NCBI GenBank assembly: GCA_963848135.1
Contig: CAWKCK010000003.1
Coordinates: forward strand, 1,116,001 to 1,163,940
Source of the DNA: an uncultured delta proteobacterium
Lineage (GTDB): Bacteria > Desulfobacterota > Desulfobacteria > Desulfobacterales > SG8-13
DNA: 47,940 nucleotides
Reading direction: 5' to 3'
Under the pieces are notes generated by a model that was given only the letters and a program-made list of their open reading frames with translations, was not told the DNA's origin and searched no databases. How positions within the stretch are numbered: the stretch's first letter is position 1; each line of letters begins with the position of its first letter. Positions 38,743-47,940 of this stretch are shown here, piece after piece. Both the position numbers and the translations under genes were made by a program.

Positions 38743-38953
38743 GTCGCTACCTTTTGTCTAATGGTTCGAACTATTGCCCCCAAACCGCATTTTTCAGTAT
38801 TGGTATTTGTTTATTTTCACTTATTTCGAAAATATGAAACCCTCAACTTGGGAGTTGCTATGCTTGATACAGTATAGAGCGCTGCCGGTTTTGTAGTCAA
38901 GCCCATTTGCCGCGACTGCATTGCAGCGATACCGGCCTTTCTATTCTTTAATC

Positions 38954-39066
38954 GTAGCCGTTCAGAGGGTTGCAACGTCGCATTTTGCATCAAACCACCT
39001 GTTCGTGTTCGTAAGCATTTACAGGGTGCCGCAGATGCAAGGCGGCGGGCGCGCAGACGTACTTTT
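38954..39066 (+). mobile_element. MITE family F, copy 3 (3'-truncated)
   Basis: GTAGCCGTTCAGAGGGTTGCAACG...GTAAGCATTTACAGGGTGCCGCAGATGCAAGGCG...GACGTACTTTT; ends at the hairpin loop. Confidence 0.85.
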
Positions 39067-39082
39067 AAATTTAAAATCGGTT

Positions 39083-39990
39083 TCAATCAGCTGTGGTGAA
39101 TGCCCTGCGAAGATTCTCAATATTCCGTTGCATCACATTCATAAAATCACCTCGCGCCGGAACGTTGCCGCAAGGATCAAAGACAAGGCTGTCGACCTCG
39201 AGCGTTTTGAGTTTATCCACCGACGCCCGGACAGGTTCGCCCTCCCAGATCATCCATTTTGAGGGATGCTGCTTTAAACCTCCGTTAACGCATGCAACTG
39301 ACTGTCGTTTGGAACCTGGTCAGGCTCCCAATGCACACTCACGATATTCAATCCGTAACGCCTGGCAAAATAGTCGTAAACCGGATGTGACACAACCAAC
39401 GGTGTTGCTTGGTTCTTGGAAACGATGGCCTGAATACCCCGATTAAGGCGCTTAAGATCCGCGGCCAGCGCCTTATAGTTGATTTGAAACGTGTCTCGCA
39501 ACTCAGGTCGTTTTTGGCCCATGGTTGTGGCAATCACCTCGGCCTGCCGGGCAGCCAGATCAAAATCAAGCCAAGTGGTAAACGCAAGGGCCTCGTGCGC
39601 ATGTTCGCCTGCGGCACCATGGCTGTGAGTCAGTACTTCTTCGGTCGTAATATAGCGATCTTTGAACTGCCTAGAGGTAACCACTATTGTTGATCTTGGC
39701 AGGCTAACTTTGGCCACCCATTTGGCATAACCGGCGCCGTTTAGCAAAATCAGGCCAGCCTTCTGAAAGGCCGCTATAGCAGCAAGATTTGGGTTCCAAT
39801 AGGCCGGGTCCACATCTGGCGGTACCGGAAATTCCACCTTTACTTGATCGCCACCAATACGCTCGGCAAAATACTTCAAAGGGTAGCTCACGACATAGAC
39901 GTTGAGCGGTCCGGTCGCCGAGCTGCAGGGTGCGGAGAAAACAATCATGAATAGAATGATTGTGCAAATCCGCCGCAAAGCCCTCATCAT
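39083..39990 (-). pseudogene. ZnuA/TroA-like metal ABC substrate-binding protein, frameshift near 39280
   Basis: VSYPLKYFAERIGG, DPAYWNP, HSHG..GEHAH, TTWLD, SHPVYDYFARRYGL; manual translation of another frame continues KWMIWEGEP..FDPCGNVP..GDFMNVMQRN to TGA 39083. Confidence 0.85.
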
Positions 39991-40052
39991 GGGTGTAGAA
40001 AAATGTGCTTCCGGGTAGCACGCATCACCTCCTAAATAAAGGTTTATCACTA

Positions 40053-40260
40053 ACTAAAGTGAGCGTTTCAAATTTTAAATAGAGGGGGAACTGCATTATT
40101 TATAAGGAATTCTATCAAAGTTTGATTTTAAAATTTGAAACCCATCGGGATTACCGATCTTGCCGCATCTACGGCGTCATATGCCGTCCCGCATAGCTGA
40201 CTATAGCGGAACGGCATCTTTCTTTTATCTGCGGCAACCTCAACAATCGCTCAAATAAGG
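40053..40260 (-). mobile_element. MITE family E, copy 3 (reverse orientation)
   Basis: Matches the reverse complement of 24125-24334 along its full length. Confidence 0.9.
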
Positions 40261-40500
40261 TTATAAACAACATCCTCACCAAATCATTTGATATACTCCG
40301 GACCGCCACCATAATGATGCTGCAAAGTACGGCACTTGAAAAAACAATGATTAAAATTTCAGCAGCAATCAATCTTGCAATTGTCATACGGCTGCAACCA
40401 ATTTTAAAAATCGTCTGAATCTCTCGCTGTCTGATCCTTAAGGAAAGGGCAAAAACGAGGATGACGGCCAGCACCGTGGCCAGGGTCACCACGGCAATTA
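40261..40500 (-). pseudogene. C-terminal fragment of an FtsX-type ABC permease
   Basis: LVFALSLRIRQREIQTIFKIGCSR..IARLIAAE motif with no N-terminal part. Confidence 0.75.
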
Positions 40501-40534
40501 TATGAATTCAACATCTCCGGTCAAAAATAAAAAA

Positions 40535-42810
40535 TCAAAGCAATCGTTTTTCTGCGAGCAACTCGATACCTGTAATTTTCCAGGACGCACCATCCATTAT
40601 AAAGGTTACCAGAGCCTGGTACTGGTTTCGTCGATAATGCGTATGCCCGAAGTGGTTGACGGAACCGCTGACGGTCCAGGCGGCATCGGCGATAAATCCG
40701 TCATCCGTCGATATTTTTACGTGATTGACAGATAGGATGTCTACTTCATCCACATTTGCGCGCGCGCCGCCGCGATTTTCAAACTCCAGGGATTTCCGGT
40801 TTTCGAGGTAGATCTTGGGAAGCTGATCACCGGTCACACTCACCGCCAGGCGGTCGTACACCCGGCTTTCATCGCGCACATCTAAGGCCCGGTAGACATT
40901 GGTCAACAAGCCGTCGAGGATGTCGGACGCACGCTCTTTGGACGGCGCCCAATGAGAGATCCACGGCAGATTAGCGGATAGATAACGAACGGATAGAGCA
41001 TGAAACCCAGGCCGAGGATGCCTACCAACAGGGGGCGCAGCAGTGCACTTCTTTTGCGTAAAAAGGATAGGCAAGCCAGAGTCAACGCCACCAAAAACAG
41101 CACGATTGATACGATGGGCAATTTCTTTTTCTTGACGGCGATTTCTTCGATGACCGGCACCCTGTAGCCACTCAGACGGCTTTTCCAGTGCCATCGATTT
41201 TCTTCCGGAGACAGGATCAGCGTGGAACCGCCGAAGGGATAGGTGCTGGTGGCTTCTACTTTCTGGACAACCTTCGAAAAAAGCCGCCAGTCGATGACGA
41301 TCTTGTCGACCAGTTCCGGCGTTTCATATACCAGGGTCAGGCCGATGATGCCTTTGTCCAGGCTTTCAATCATCGGAGCGGGACGCTGGATGACCCCGGC
41401 TGCTTCTATGGTGACGAAATCGGCCCGGGCCAGGATCGGTGTCGCTGATTTTCCATCAATACTAATGGGATTGGCCTCCTGGACAACCGATAGGATCCCC
41501 TCCTTGACCGCGGCCAGAGAACTAACAGGAATGCTATCCATGCCCCGGTCGTCAACGCCTAAAAACTGGATTGCCGCCCGCGCCTGGATAAGAATTTCCT
41601 GGCGCACTTCGTAGGGTTCCACGGACAGATAGGTCATAATCGGGCTGGTGAGTTTGCGGGCCCTCTGGGGGCGCTGTCTGCCGGTTTGAGTATTCTGCGC
41701 AGCGGGGAGGGCAAAACGGGTGGCGATCTGTGTATCACCAAATGACAGCACATCGGTTTTGCTGGCGGCAACGTGTTCGTGAAAAACAGTCAGAAGCAGG
41801 GCCACGGACAACGCACCGGCGACGTAGCCGGTTAATTGTCGCCAGCGGAAACCCGCCCGGACGGCCCTAACGATCAGAAGCAAGACACCTGCAAGGGCAA
41901 AATGCCCCGCATCGATGGCCAGATTGAACATGAACAGGGCTGGGACCTTATGGTCCAGGGAGAGGGACAGGCGTGTCAGTTCGTGAGCATAGGCCAGCCC
42001 GTGGAACAACCCGTAGAAAGCAAATAGCACCAGAAAAGGTTTGCCGGACTTTTGACGGATGGCCGCCTGGGCGACAAGAAACACCAGTAAGATTCCCAGG
42101 ATGTCCGCAAACAGAATATCGAAACCGGGCAGGCCCAAATCGCTCAGGATTAAAGATAGCGCCAGCCAGGCGGGAAAGAGCAGGCAAAGGGCTGCAACCA
42201 GAATCAGGTGAATCCCCTTGAAGAACAAAAGCTGCACGCCCGCCTTGAAATGTTCATCGCACACTTCCACCAAGGTGTGTTTTACGTCCATTAGCAACCG
42301 CAGAGGAACGTGGATGCCTTCCAGGGAGCGCAGAAACAATCCTTGGCGAATCGTCCCGTCCTGCCATTGAGCCGTCAGGGCGACGCCGTTGCGCATCCAG
42401 GGCAAAAGGATTTCATCTTTGGCCGTCAGGGACGCACCTTCGGTCGTGACCGTGGCCTGCACCACGATCCAGCCGGACTGGTTGATGAACTCGAGTTCCG
42501 AAACCCGGAAGCGATCGGGGAAAATCGGTGCCTTGATGGCCCACACCGGGGCCCTGCTGACATCCGCTTCCAGCAGGTAGCTATTCGCCGATTTCTGGAT
42601 CAGACGGGCCTTGGTAATGCCGACGTCGTCTGCCAATGCCGCTGGCACAGATAAAAGAATTGTAGCAGTAAGGGATATGAATACAAAAAAAGTTAAACGA
42701 AAGATAGACCGTAATTTGGATTTTGGATTGCGGATTGCTGATTTGATGTATCGCTTTGCTCTGCCTTTCAAATCTGTATGTATCATTATTCCAAAATCAA
42801 AAATCGTCAA
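40535..42810 (-). pseudogene. large membrane protein with HupE/UreJ-like domain, frameshift near 40970 (start uncertain)
   Basis: HLILV, GLFHGLAYA, ALFMFNLAID; C-terminal fragment LLTNVYRALD..VYDRLA..WTVSGSVNHFGHTHYRRNQY. Confidence 0.75.
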
Positions 42811-42812
42811 TT
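42714..42812. repeat. inverted pair of heptamer tracts
   Basis: ATTTTGG ATTGCGG ATTGCTG ATTT ... ATTCCAA AATCAAA AATCGTC AATT. Confidence 0.6.
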
Positions 42813-43627
42813 ACTTTCCTTCCACAACAACCTCCTAATTCTTTTTCATTTCATCAATCTTCCGCTGCTGGCTTTCCCGGTTTTTAACCATGAGATAATC
42901 TCTTCGTAGATAAGATTCCATTTTTTCGAAGGGCGGCAGTTCCGGTTCGCGCTTTGCCGTTACGCGTACGTAATGTATCCCGCGAAAGGATTCGATGGGG
43001 CCGCGCCACTCATTCAACGCCATGCTGAAAATAACCTGCGCAAATGGTTTACCAAATGTGGTGGCCGTGGTTTGAAAAGAAGCATTTTTTAATTTTTTGC
43101 CAATTTGTGAAAAATCACCAAAACCGGAAATATCAGATGCCGCCTCTAATTGTTTTATAAATTGTTCCGGTTTTTCCGGCTGTTTGGCGCTGGCAAATGA
43201 AAAATAGACGTGTTCGAAAGAACGTGACGGGAAAGTCAGGAAGCGCTCTTTGTTTTCCTCGTAGAACGTTCGCAGTTGAGCCACCGAAGGCTCCGGGATA
43301 ACCTCGCTAAGAAGAGGTCCGCATGATGTTTAACAGTCGGTTACGAACGCGGTAGTCGTTCTTGTTCAAGCCCCGCTTGTAGGCTTCACGCAACAGGACT
43401 TCGTCTTCAATGTGGCGGTCGACGATCGATTGCCTGTCGTCGGGGGAAATCGGATTCTGGGTGATGTTCTCCTTCTGTTTGATCAAGGCATCGATAGTCT
43501 GGGTGGTCACTCGTATCGTTTCGCGATCCGGGGATTTGAAGTACCTGTAGGCAATAAATGCAACCAGGCCCAAAAGAATGAAATGCAGGGTCGGAGATTT
43601 TAATAATGATGTACTAAACGGTTTCAT
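42811..43627 (-). pseudogene. PpiC/rotamase-like protein, frameshift near 43310 and in-frame TAG near the C-terminus
   Basis: PTLHFILLG, IEDEVLLREAYKRGL, RSFEHVYF, FGKPFA, WRGPIESFRGIHYV; ends KN*EVVVEGK*. Confidence 0.8.
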
Positions 43628-43631
43628 TTTA

Positions 43632-43808
43632 TCCAATGTCAAACCGGTTAAGGTGACGCTGTCGAATCGTTTCTTCGCACAAAAGGGACTGCTTTTCCTC
43701 CTCGATCAATGCGAACCGAAAGCAACGACTACATGAACCGCCCGGTACGGTCCCGTATGCTGGGTGGTGTGAGAAGGCGAAGGCCGTGAGGCCCTCCCCT
43801 ATCTCGAT
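43632..43808 (+). mobile_element. 5'-truncated group II (class C-like) intron remnant: maturase C-terminus plus domains V and VI
   Basis: SNVKPVKVTLSNRFFAQKGLLFLL...TGA(43734-43736) overlapping GAACCGCCCGGTACGGTCCCGTATGCTGGGTGGTGTGAGAAGG...CCCTATCTCGAT. Confidence 0.85.
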
Positions 43809-43898
43809 TTGATGATTGCCACGTTATACTAACAGCTGCAATTCAGAAATAAAGACGAATGCCTATTTAAACAGATAAGGCATAATGGCATGCTTCTT

Positions 43899-46283
43899 TT
43901 ACATATTTCCACTGATATTTCCAAAAGCGACGGCAAACAGAGGAAGGGGAAGCGGTACTCCATCCCATATCAATCGGGCCAGATCGGCACCGTCAACATC
44001 GCCATCAGAGTCCAGATCACCCGGCATTGACCCGTTGAAAATAGACAGGATTTCCTGGTCTGTCAGGGCACGATTAAAAATCATCACTTCGTCGATCAGT
44101 CCGTCAAAATAATTTCTGTCATTGGCTTGACCACCGATAATCATGTCCGCCGTTGAATACGGAAGCGTCCCTCCGCTGACAGGTAGGTTTGCCACAGCGG
44201 TGCCGTTGACGTACAATTTCATGACTGCGCCGTCGTAGGTCCCCACGACGTGTGTCCATTCGGTGGAAACTGTTCCACCGATAACCGTTCCTTTGCCGAA
44301 TATTTCCCAGAAGTACTGGTTGGTCCGGTGATGGGTCAGAGTCCACGATCGTGAATTCGGGAAATCCCACCAGGAGACAATGTCATCCGTACCGGCATCG
44401 GCACCGACATCGTTTTTCACCCAGGCGGCAACCGTTATCTCACCCCAGTTCTCCATTTCGAGTGGTTGAGGATCGACGAACACGCGATCGTTATCCCCGT
44501 CAAAATCGAGTGCGCCGAACCTCCACCCCTCCTCCCACAGGGCGCCGTCAATCATTCCGGAATTTCCGTTGCCTGACGAATCGGTCGCTGTGCTGCCGGT
44601 GCCGTCGTCGAAGGCGAGATAGACGATGAGGTTTTCTTCCTGTGCGATTGCAGGGGTATTGAAAGAAACCACATTGGACAGTCCTCCCCACAATCCGGCA
44701 TCGTCCATCGCTTTGAGGGCGATGAAATATTCTGTATCGGGAAGAAGATTCAAAACCCACAAGGTTTCATTCGATCCTGGTGGAAGAGGTTCCATATCCT
44801 GGTCGACAATTGTTGCCGAATCGAAGTTGTTTGCATCAATAGGCGCCGTGGAATACCGAATCTCATATCCTTGGGCGGTGCCTGCGGTCCCATCATCGCC
44901 GGGGGCACTCCAAGCAAGCCTGACTGCAGTCGGGGTGACGGCGTCTGAGGCAAGATCCGTGACAGCCGAAGGGGCGATGCAATCACCTGTGAGGGCGCCA
45001 AATGCATTGAGCCTTTTTTCGCTGACTGTTTTGCCGGACAGCGTGGGGAGCGGATCGCCTGAACAGAGGATCGTTTCTTTAATCTGAAGGTGATTCAAAG
45101 ATGGGTGTTCGGCCTTGAAGAGCGCCACGGCTCCCGTCACGTAAGCGGCCGACATGGAACTGCCGAACAACTTTTTGTATCCTGAAGGATCGCAGTATTT
45201 GCAGCTTCCGCTCGGTACCGTCGAGAGGATATCCACACCGGGAGCCGCCAGATCCACGGTGCTTTGGCCATAATTGGCAAAGCTTGCCAAAACATCGTTG
45301 TGGTCGGTGGCCGTCACCGCTATGATATTTTCATTGGCGTACGAAGCGGGGTACTGGGGGTCGACGTCGGTGTTGATTTGAAAATTGCCGACTGCCGCCA
45401 CAAAGAGCAGCCCGGCGGCATTGGCGTCCTCGATGGCTTCGATCAGGGGGGGAGAATAGGGGTTCTCTCCCCAGGCGTCACTGATGACCCAGCTGTTGTT
45501 GAGCACGTCCGCACCCATCAGGATGGCGTATTCAATCGCCTCGATGGCCCCGGCGATGGTGCCGACATTGTTGCTGCCGATGAACTTGAGCGGCATGATT
45601 TGCACCGCTTGACTTACCCCGCTCACGCCAATACCGTTGTTGCCCACCGCACCGATGACACCGGACACGTGGGTGCCGTGGCCGTTGTCATCGGATGGGT
45701 TGCGATCGTTATTGTAAAAGTCCCAACCGTCGTAGTCGTCCACGTAACCGTTACCGTCGTCGTCGAGGCCATTGTTTGGAATCTCGTCTGTATTTTTCCA
45801 CATGTTGCCGGCCAGATCCGGAGTCGTAAAGTCGACGCCGGAATCGAGTACGGCGGCCACGATACCAGGATTACCGGTTTGTATGTCCCAGGCCTCGTCG
45901 ATGTGGATGTCGGCTCCCGGGGTACCACCGGTTTGACCAGTATTGTGCAATCCCCAGAGCTGATTGAATTGGGGATCGTTCGGCGGGGCCGCCTCGACCG
46001 GATGGTTCGGTTCGGTGTGATAGCGATAACCCTGTCGATTCCGTGAAACCTGGAGATATGGGCTTCGCCGATAAGGTAAAGGTGGCGGGTCGCTCGGATT
46101 TTTCCACGGCCGACCTTGCGGCCGGAGATATCCCCAAGAATCACAGGATCTGCTGATTTGAGGCTCACCAGGTAGCTGCGGGTCGGCGTGGTTTCTTGAG
46201 TCGTTCGATTGCCGATAGAGGGAAGGTACGAACCCTGCAATCAAAGCAAGGATGAGGATTATCCCAAGACCGTTTTTTAACAT
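43899..46283 (-). CDS. secreted S8 (subtilisin-like) serine peptidase with FN3, LamG-like and C-terminal dockerin-like motif
   Basis: VLDSGVD / HGTHVSG / GSSMS catalytic triad; DDDGNGYVDD insert; LAWSAPGDDG FN3; WTHVVGTYDG..LYVNG..FDGLIDEV LamG; GDLDSDGDVDGADL. Confidence 0.92.
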   Translation of the reverse strand: MLKNGLGIILILALIAGFVPSLYRQSNDSRNHADPQLPGEPQISRSCDSWGYLRPQGRPWKNPSDPPPLPYRRSPYLQVSRNRQGYRYHTEPNHPVEAAPPNDPQFNQLWGLHNTGQTGGTPGADIHIDEAWDIQTGNPGIVAAVLDSGVDFTTPDLAGNMWKNTDEIPNNGLDDDGNGYVDDYDGWDFYNNDRNPSDDNGHGTHVSGVIGAVGNNGIGVSGVSQAVQIMPLKFIGSNNVGTIAGAIEAIEYAILMGADVLNNSWVISDAWGENPYSPPLIEAIEDANAAGLLFVAAVGNFQINTDVDPQYPASYANENIIAVTATDHNDVLASFANYGQSTVDLAAPGVDILSTVPSGSCKYCDPSGYKKLFGSSMSAAYVTGAVALFKAEHPSLNHLQIKETILCSGDPLPTLSGKTVSEKRLNAFGALTGDCIAPSAVTDLASDAVTPTAVRLAWSAPGDDGTAGTAQGYEIRYSTAPIDANNFDSATIVDQDMEPLPPGSNETLWVLNLLPDTEYFIALKAMDDAGLWGGLSNVVSFNTPAIAQEENLIVYLAFDDGTGSTATDSSGNGNSGMIDGALWEEGWRFGALDFDGDNDRVFVDPQPLEMENWGEITVAAWVKNDVGADAGTDDIVSWWDFPNSRSWTLTHHRTNQYFWEIFGKGTVIGGTVSTEWTHVVGTYDGAVMKLYVNGTAVANLPVSGGTLPYSTADMIIGGQANDRNYFDGLIDEVMIFNRALTDQEILSIFNGSMPGDLDSDGDVDGADLARLIWDGVPLPLPLFAVAFGNISGNM

Positions 46284-46344
46284 GAGGTCTTGCCCCGAAA
46301 GTTTAACTAATACCCCGGTCGATATAAATTGAATTAACAGTCAA

Positions 46345-46378
46345 CGAAAAAGGCGGGGTTTTGGCCCCGCCTTTTTCG
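46345..46378. terminator. bidirectional intrinsic terminator
   Basis: CGAAAAAGGCGGGG-TTTTGG-CCCCGCCTTTTTCG. Confidence 0.85.
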
Positions 46379-46397
46379 AACAAGTATCTAATATAAA

Positions 46398-47153
46398 TCA
46401 ACCCCGATGTTTTCTTCTCAATCCCACAAGGCCGAAGATTCCAGCACCCAACAACCAGACGGCACCGGGAAAAGAGCACTACGGAAATGACTGTTTCTAC
46501 GTTGTTTCCAATCCTTCGGAATCACCAAATCTCTGCCACGCAAGTAGAAGTTCTTCATTGGGATCTGAACCTTCCCTGCCAATGAAATTGATTCTAGAGC
46601 GAATAATCTCCCGTTACTTCGGCAGAAAATGGGGTGACACTTTCCCACGGACCCCCAGGGTACTCAGTATTTCCTGGTCTTACACTGGTTCAAGATGACG
46701 GCACTTAAGATGCTGCCGTCATTGAAATTCAAATCACTGAGATCAATAAAAAAAGCCGAAGGTGTATTGGCATTTTCACAGATTAGGGCTAATGTTAATG
46801 ACATCGATATGAACACTCCAGGCACCGGCATCGATAGGTATGTTGAGCCATCCGTCATTGTATATAAATTCTATACCTCCGCCAACGACTGCAGAACCGG
46901 TGTCTGGGTCAAACCATGTATAAGGAGGCGGAGGCGGTTCGTAGCTGATTGACCCGCTAATGGTTTCTCCCGCTAAACCGGCCTGAGGGCCTGACCGAGA
47001 AGCAACAACAAGCTTAAAATTAATAAGCAGAGCCTTACAGCTGACCCTTTCGCCTGAAGGCGCAGGCAGAAGGTTATTGAAATATACCTTATAATTCAAA
47101 AATTTCCTGTTTAGGTCGATGAAAGGGTGAATAGATTTCACCACTCTTTTCAT
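46398..47153 (-). pseudogene. degraded PEP-CTERM-type (VPLPA-CTERM) surface protein
   Basis: The final frame reads PGAVWLLGAGIFGLVGLRRKHRG*; the upstream part is broken by stops and frameshifts; 5' boundary approximate. Confidence 0.7.
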
Positions 47154-47360
47154 TATGCAATCAGTGTACCTATTAATCACTTCCACGTAAAGGCTTAAAA
47201 TTCAATGGGATAAAATCCGTGCAGTTTGATGGCGATGCATGTAATACGCAAAATTTTTCTTAAAAATGTGAAATTTATTCTCCAAGCTTAGGTAAAATAA
47301 TACACAATATGTAGTGTCGTGCGGCGGCTGGTGTCGCTAACGACGTTGAATGATTCTTTT

Positions 47361-47464
47361 ATAATGAAAATCTTATTATTCCTTAGGTTGCCAGCCTGGC
47401 ATCAGTTTGCGCGCTGGGGTCACTGCTCATTCCCTCCGCTCCCGGTTGATGAATACTCCCCGAG
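47361..47464 (-). repeat. family B left-arm fragment, reverse orientation
   Basis: TTCCTTAGGTTGCC..GCATCAGTTTGCGCGCTG..TCATTCCCTCCGCT..ACTCCCCGAG matches the reverse complement of the B left arm. Confidence 0.8.
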
Positions 47465-47940
47465 TGTTCGTCTACCTGCTGTAATTAAATTCACAGAGAA
47501 TGGGTAGGATGTTTCCCAGGAAAGGGAGAGTTGGGGGATCCTTCAAACCCTCAAGATATTGAAAATATGACGTTAATAATTATGGCGAAATTCGCATGGA
47601 TATTGCATAAGAAAAGTTGGTCTTTAACACCCAGCGATATTTTTCCGCATCCTGGATCAATAAAATATAGGCCACCATTGTAATCCATTATTGAAGATCA
47701 ATTCCGTAGCCGTCATCAATGTCATAGGCGAGCGGGAAGATGACAAAATAAAATTGGTTTTGAACTCGGAAAATGGGGAATCTAAGATAAAAACATAAGA
47801 GCGGAGCATACCTTCATGCTTTTTGTATTGAGCAAGAGGAACGCGTCAGGAACAGATGCACGTCATTAATTTTCTATCCTTTCAGAACAGCATTTAAAGC
47901 ATACAACCATTTTTCGGTTTCAACGATATAACATTTCTGA

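Noticed and set aside
39095..39112. TGCCCTGCGAAG as the right end of F copy 3
   Set aside because: It falls inside the coding tail of the metal SBP and the intervening F sequence is missing, so it is likely coincidental.
1..47940. CRISPR array, tRNA or rRNA genes, intact transposase or integrase
   Set aside because: I found no regularly spaced direct repeats, cloverleaf or rRNA signatures, or DDE/Y1/tyrosine recombinase ORFs by eye.
47470..47940. AT-rich terminal segment as a gene remnant
   Set aside because: No sustained reading frame or motif that I can support.

Overview
Bacterial chromosomal window, by gene content most likely a Desulfobacterota (Desulfobacterales-like) genome or MAG (inference). 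Intact genes occupy about 1-28 kb: a B12-binding radical SAM gene running off the left edge, a parvulin PPIase, a Nudix hydrolase, an MFS transporter, an FAD oxidoreductase, a DnaJ-domain protein, an NMT1/THI5-type ABC system, PilZ, OCD-family and PAS-PAS-LuxR proteins, gltBD and a transglutaminase-DUF2126 fusion. From about 28 kb onward many genes are frameshifted: two convergent circularly permuted ATP-grasp / alpha-E / transglutaminase operons, an SDR, a decaying PPIase-HupE/UreJ-metal ABC cluster and a VPLPA-CTERM pseudogene. The intergenic DNA holds about 20 copies or fragments of six non-autonomous repeat families (called A-F here), and no transposase is present in the window. Main finding: four families with unrelated termini (A IS630-like, D and E IS1380-like, F IS66-like with an 8-bp target duplication) carry the same structured module. 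It is a long G.T-containing hairpin interrupted by a 5'-CAAGG-3' / 5'-RACRMNG-3' internal loop, and 10 of 11 copies lie on the same strand regardless of gene direction. Two of these elements sit at the start sites of predicted sigma54 promoters, for gltBD and for an ATP-grasp/alpha-E operon, and both promoters share an upstream ACAAATWTGT motif. Other features are a covarying ~280-bp hairpin family (B), one copy of which is split by an unexplained ~285-bp non-coding insert, IS200/IS605-like end elements (C) and a group IIC intron 3' remnant. All family assignments were made by eye, without database searches.
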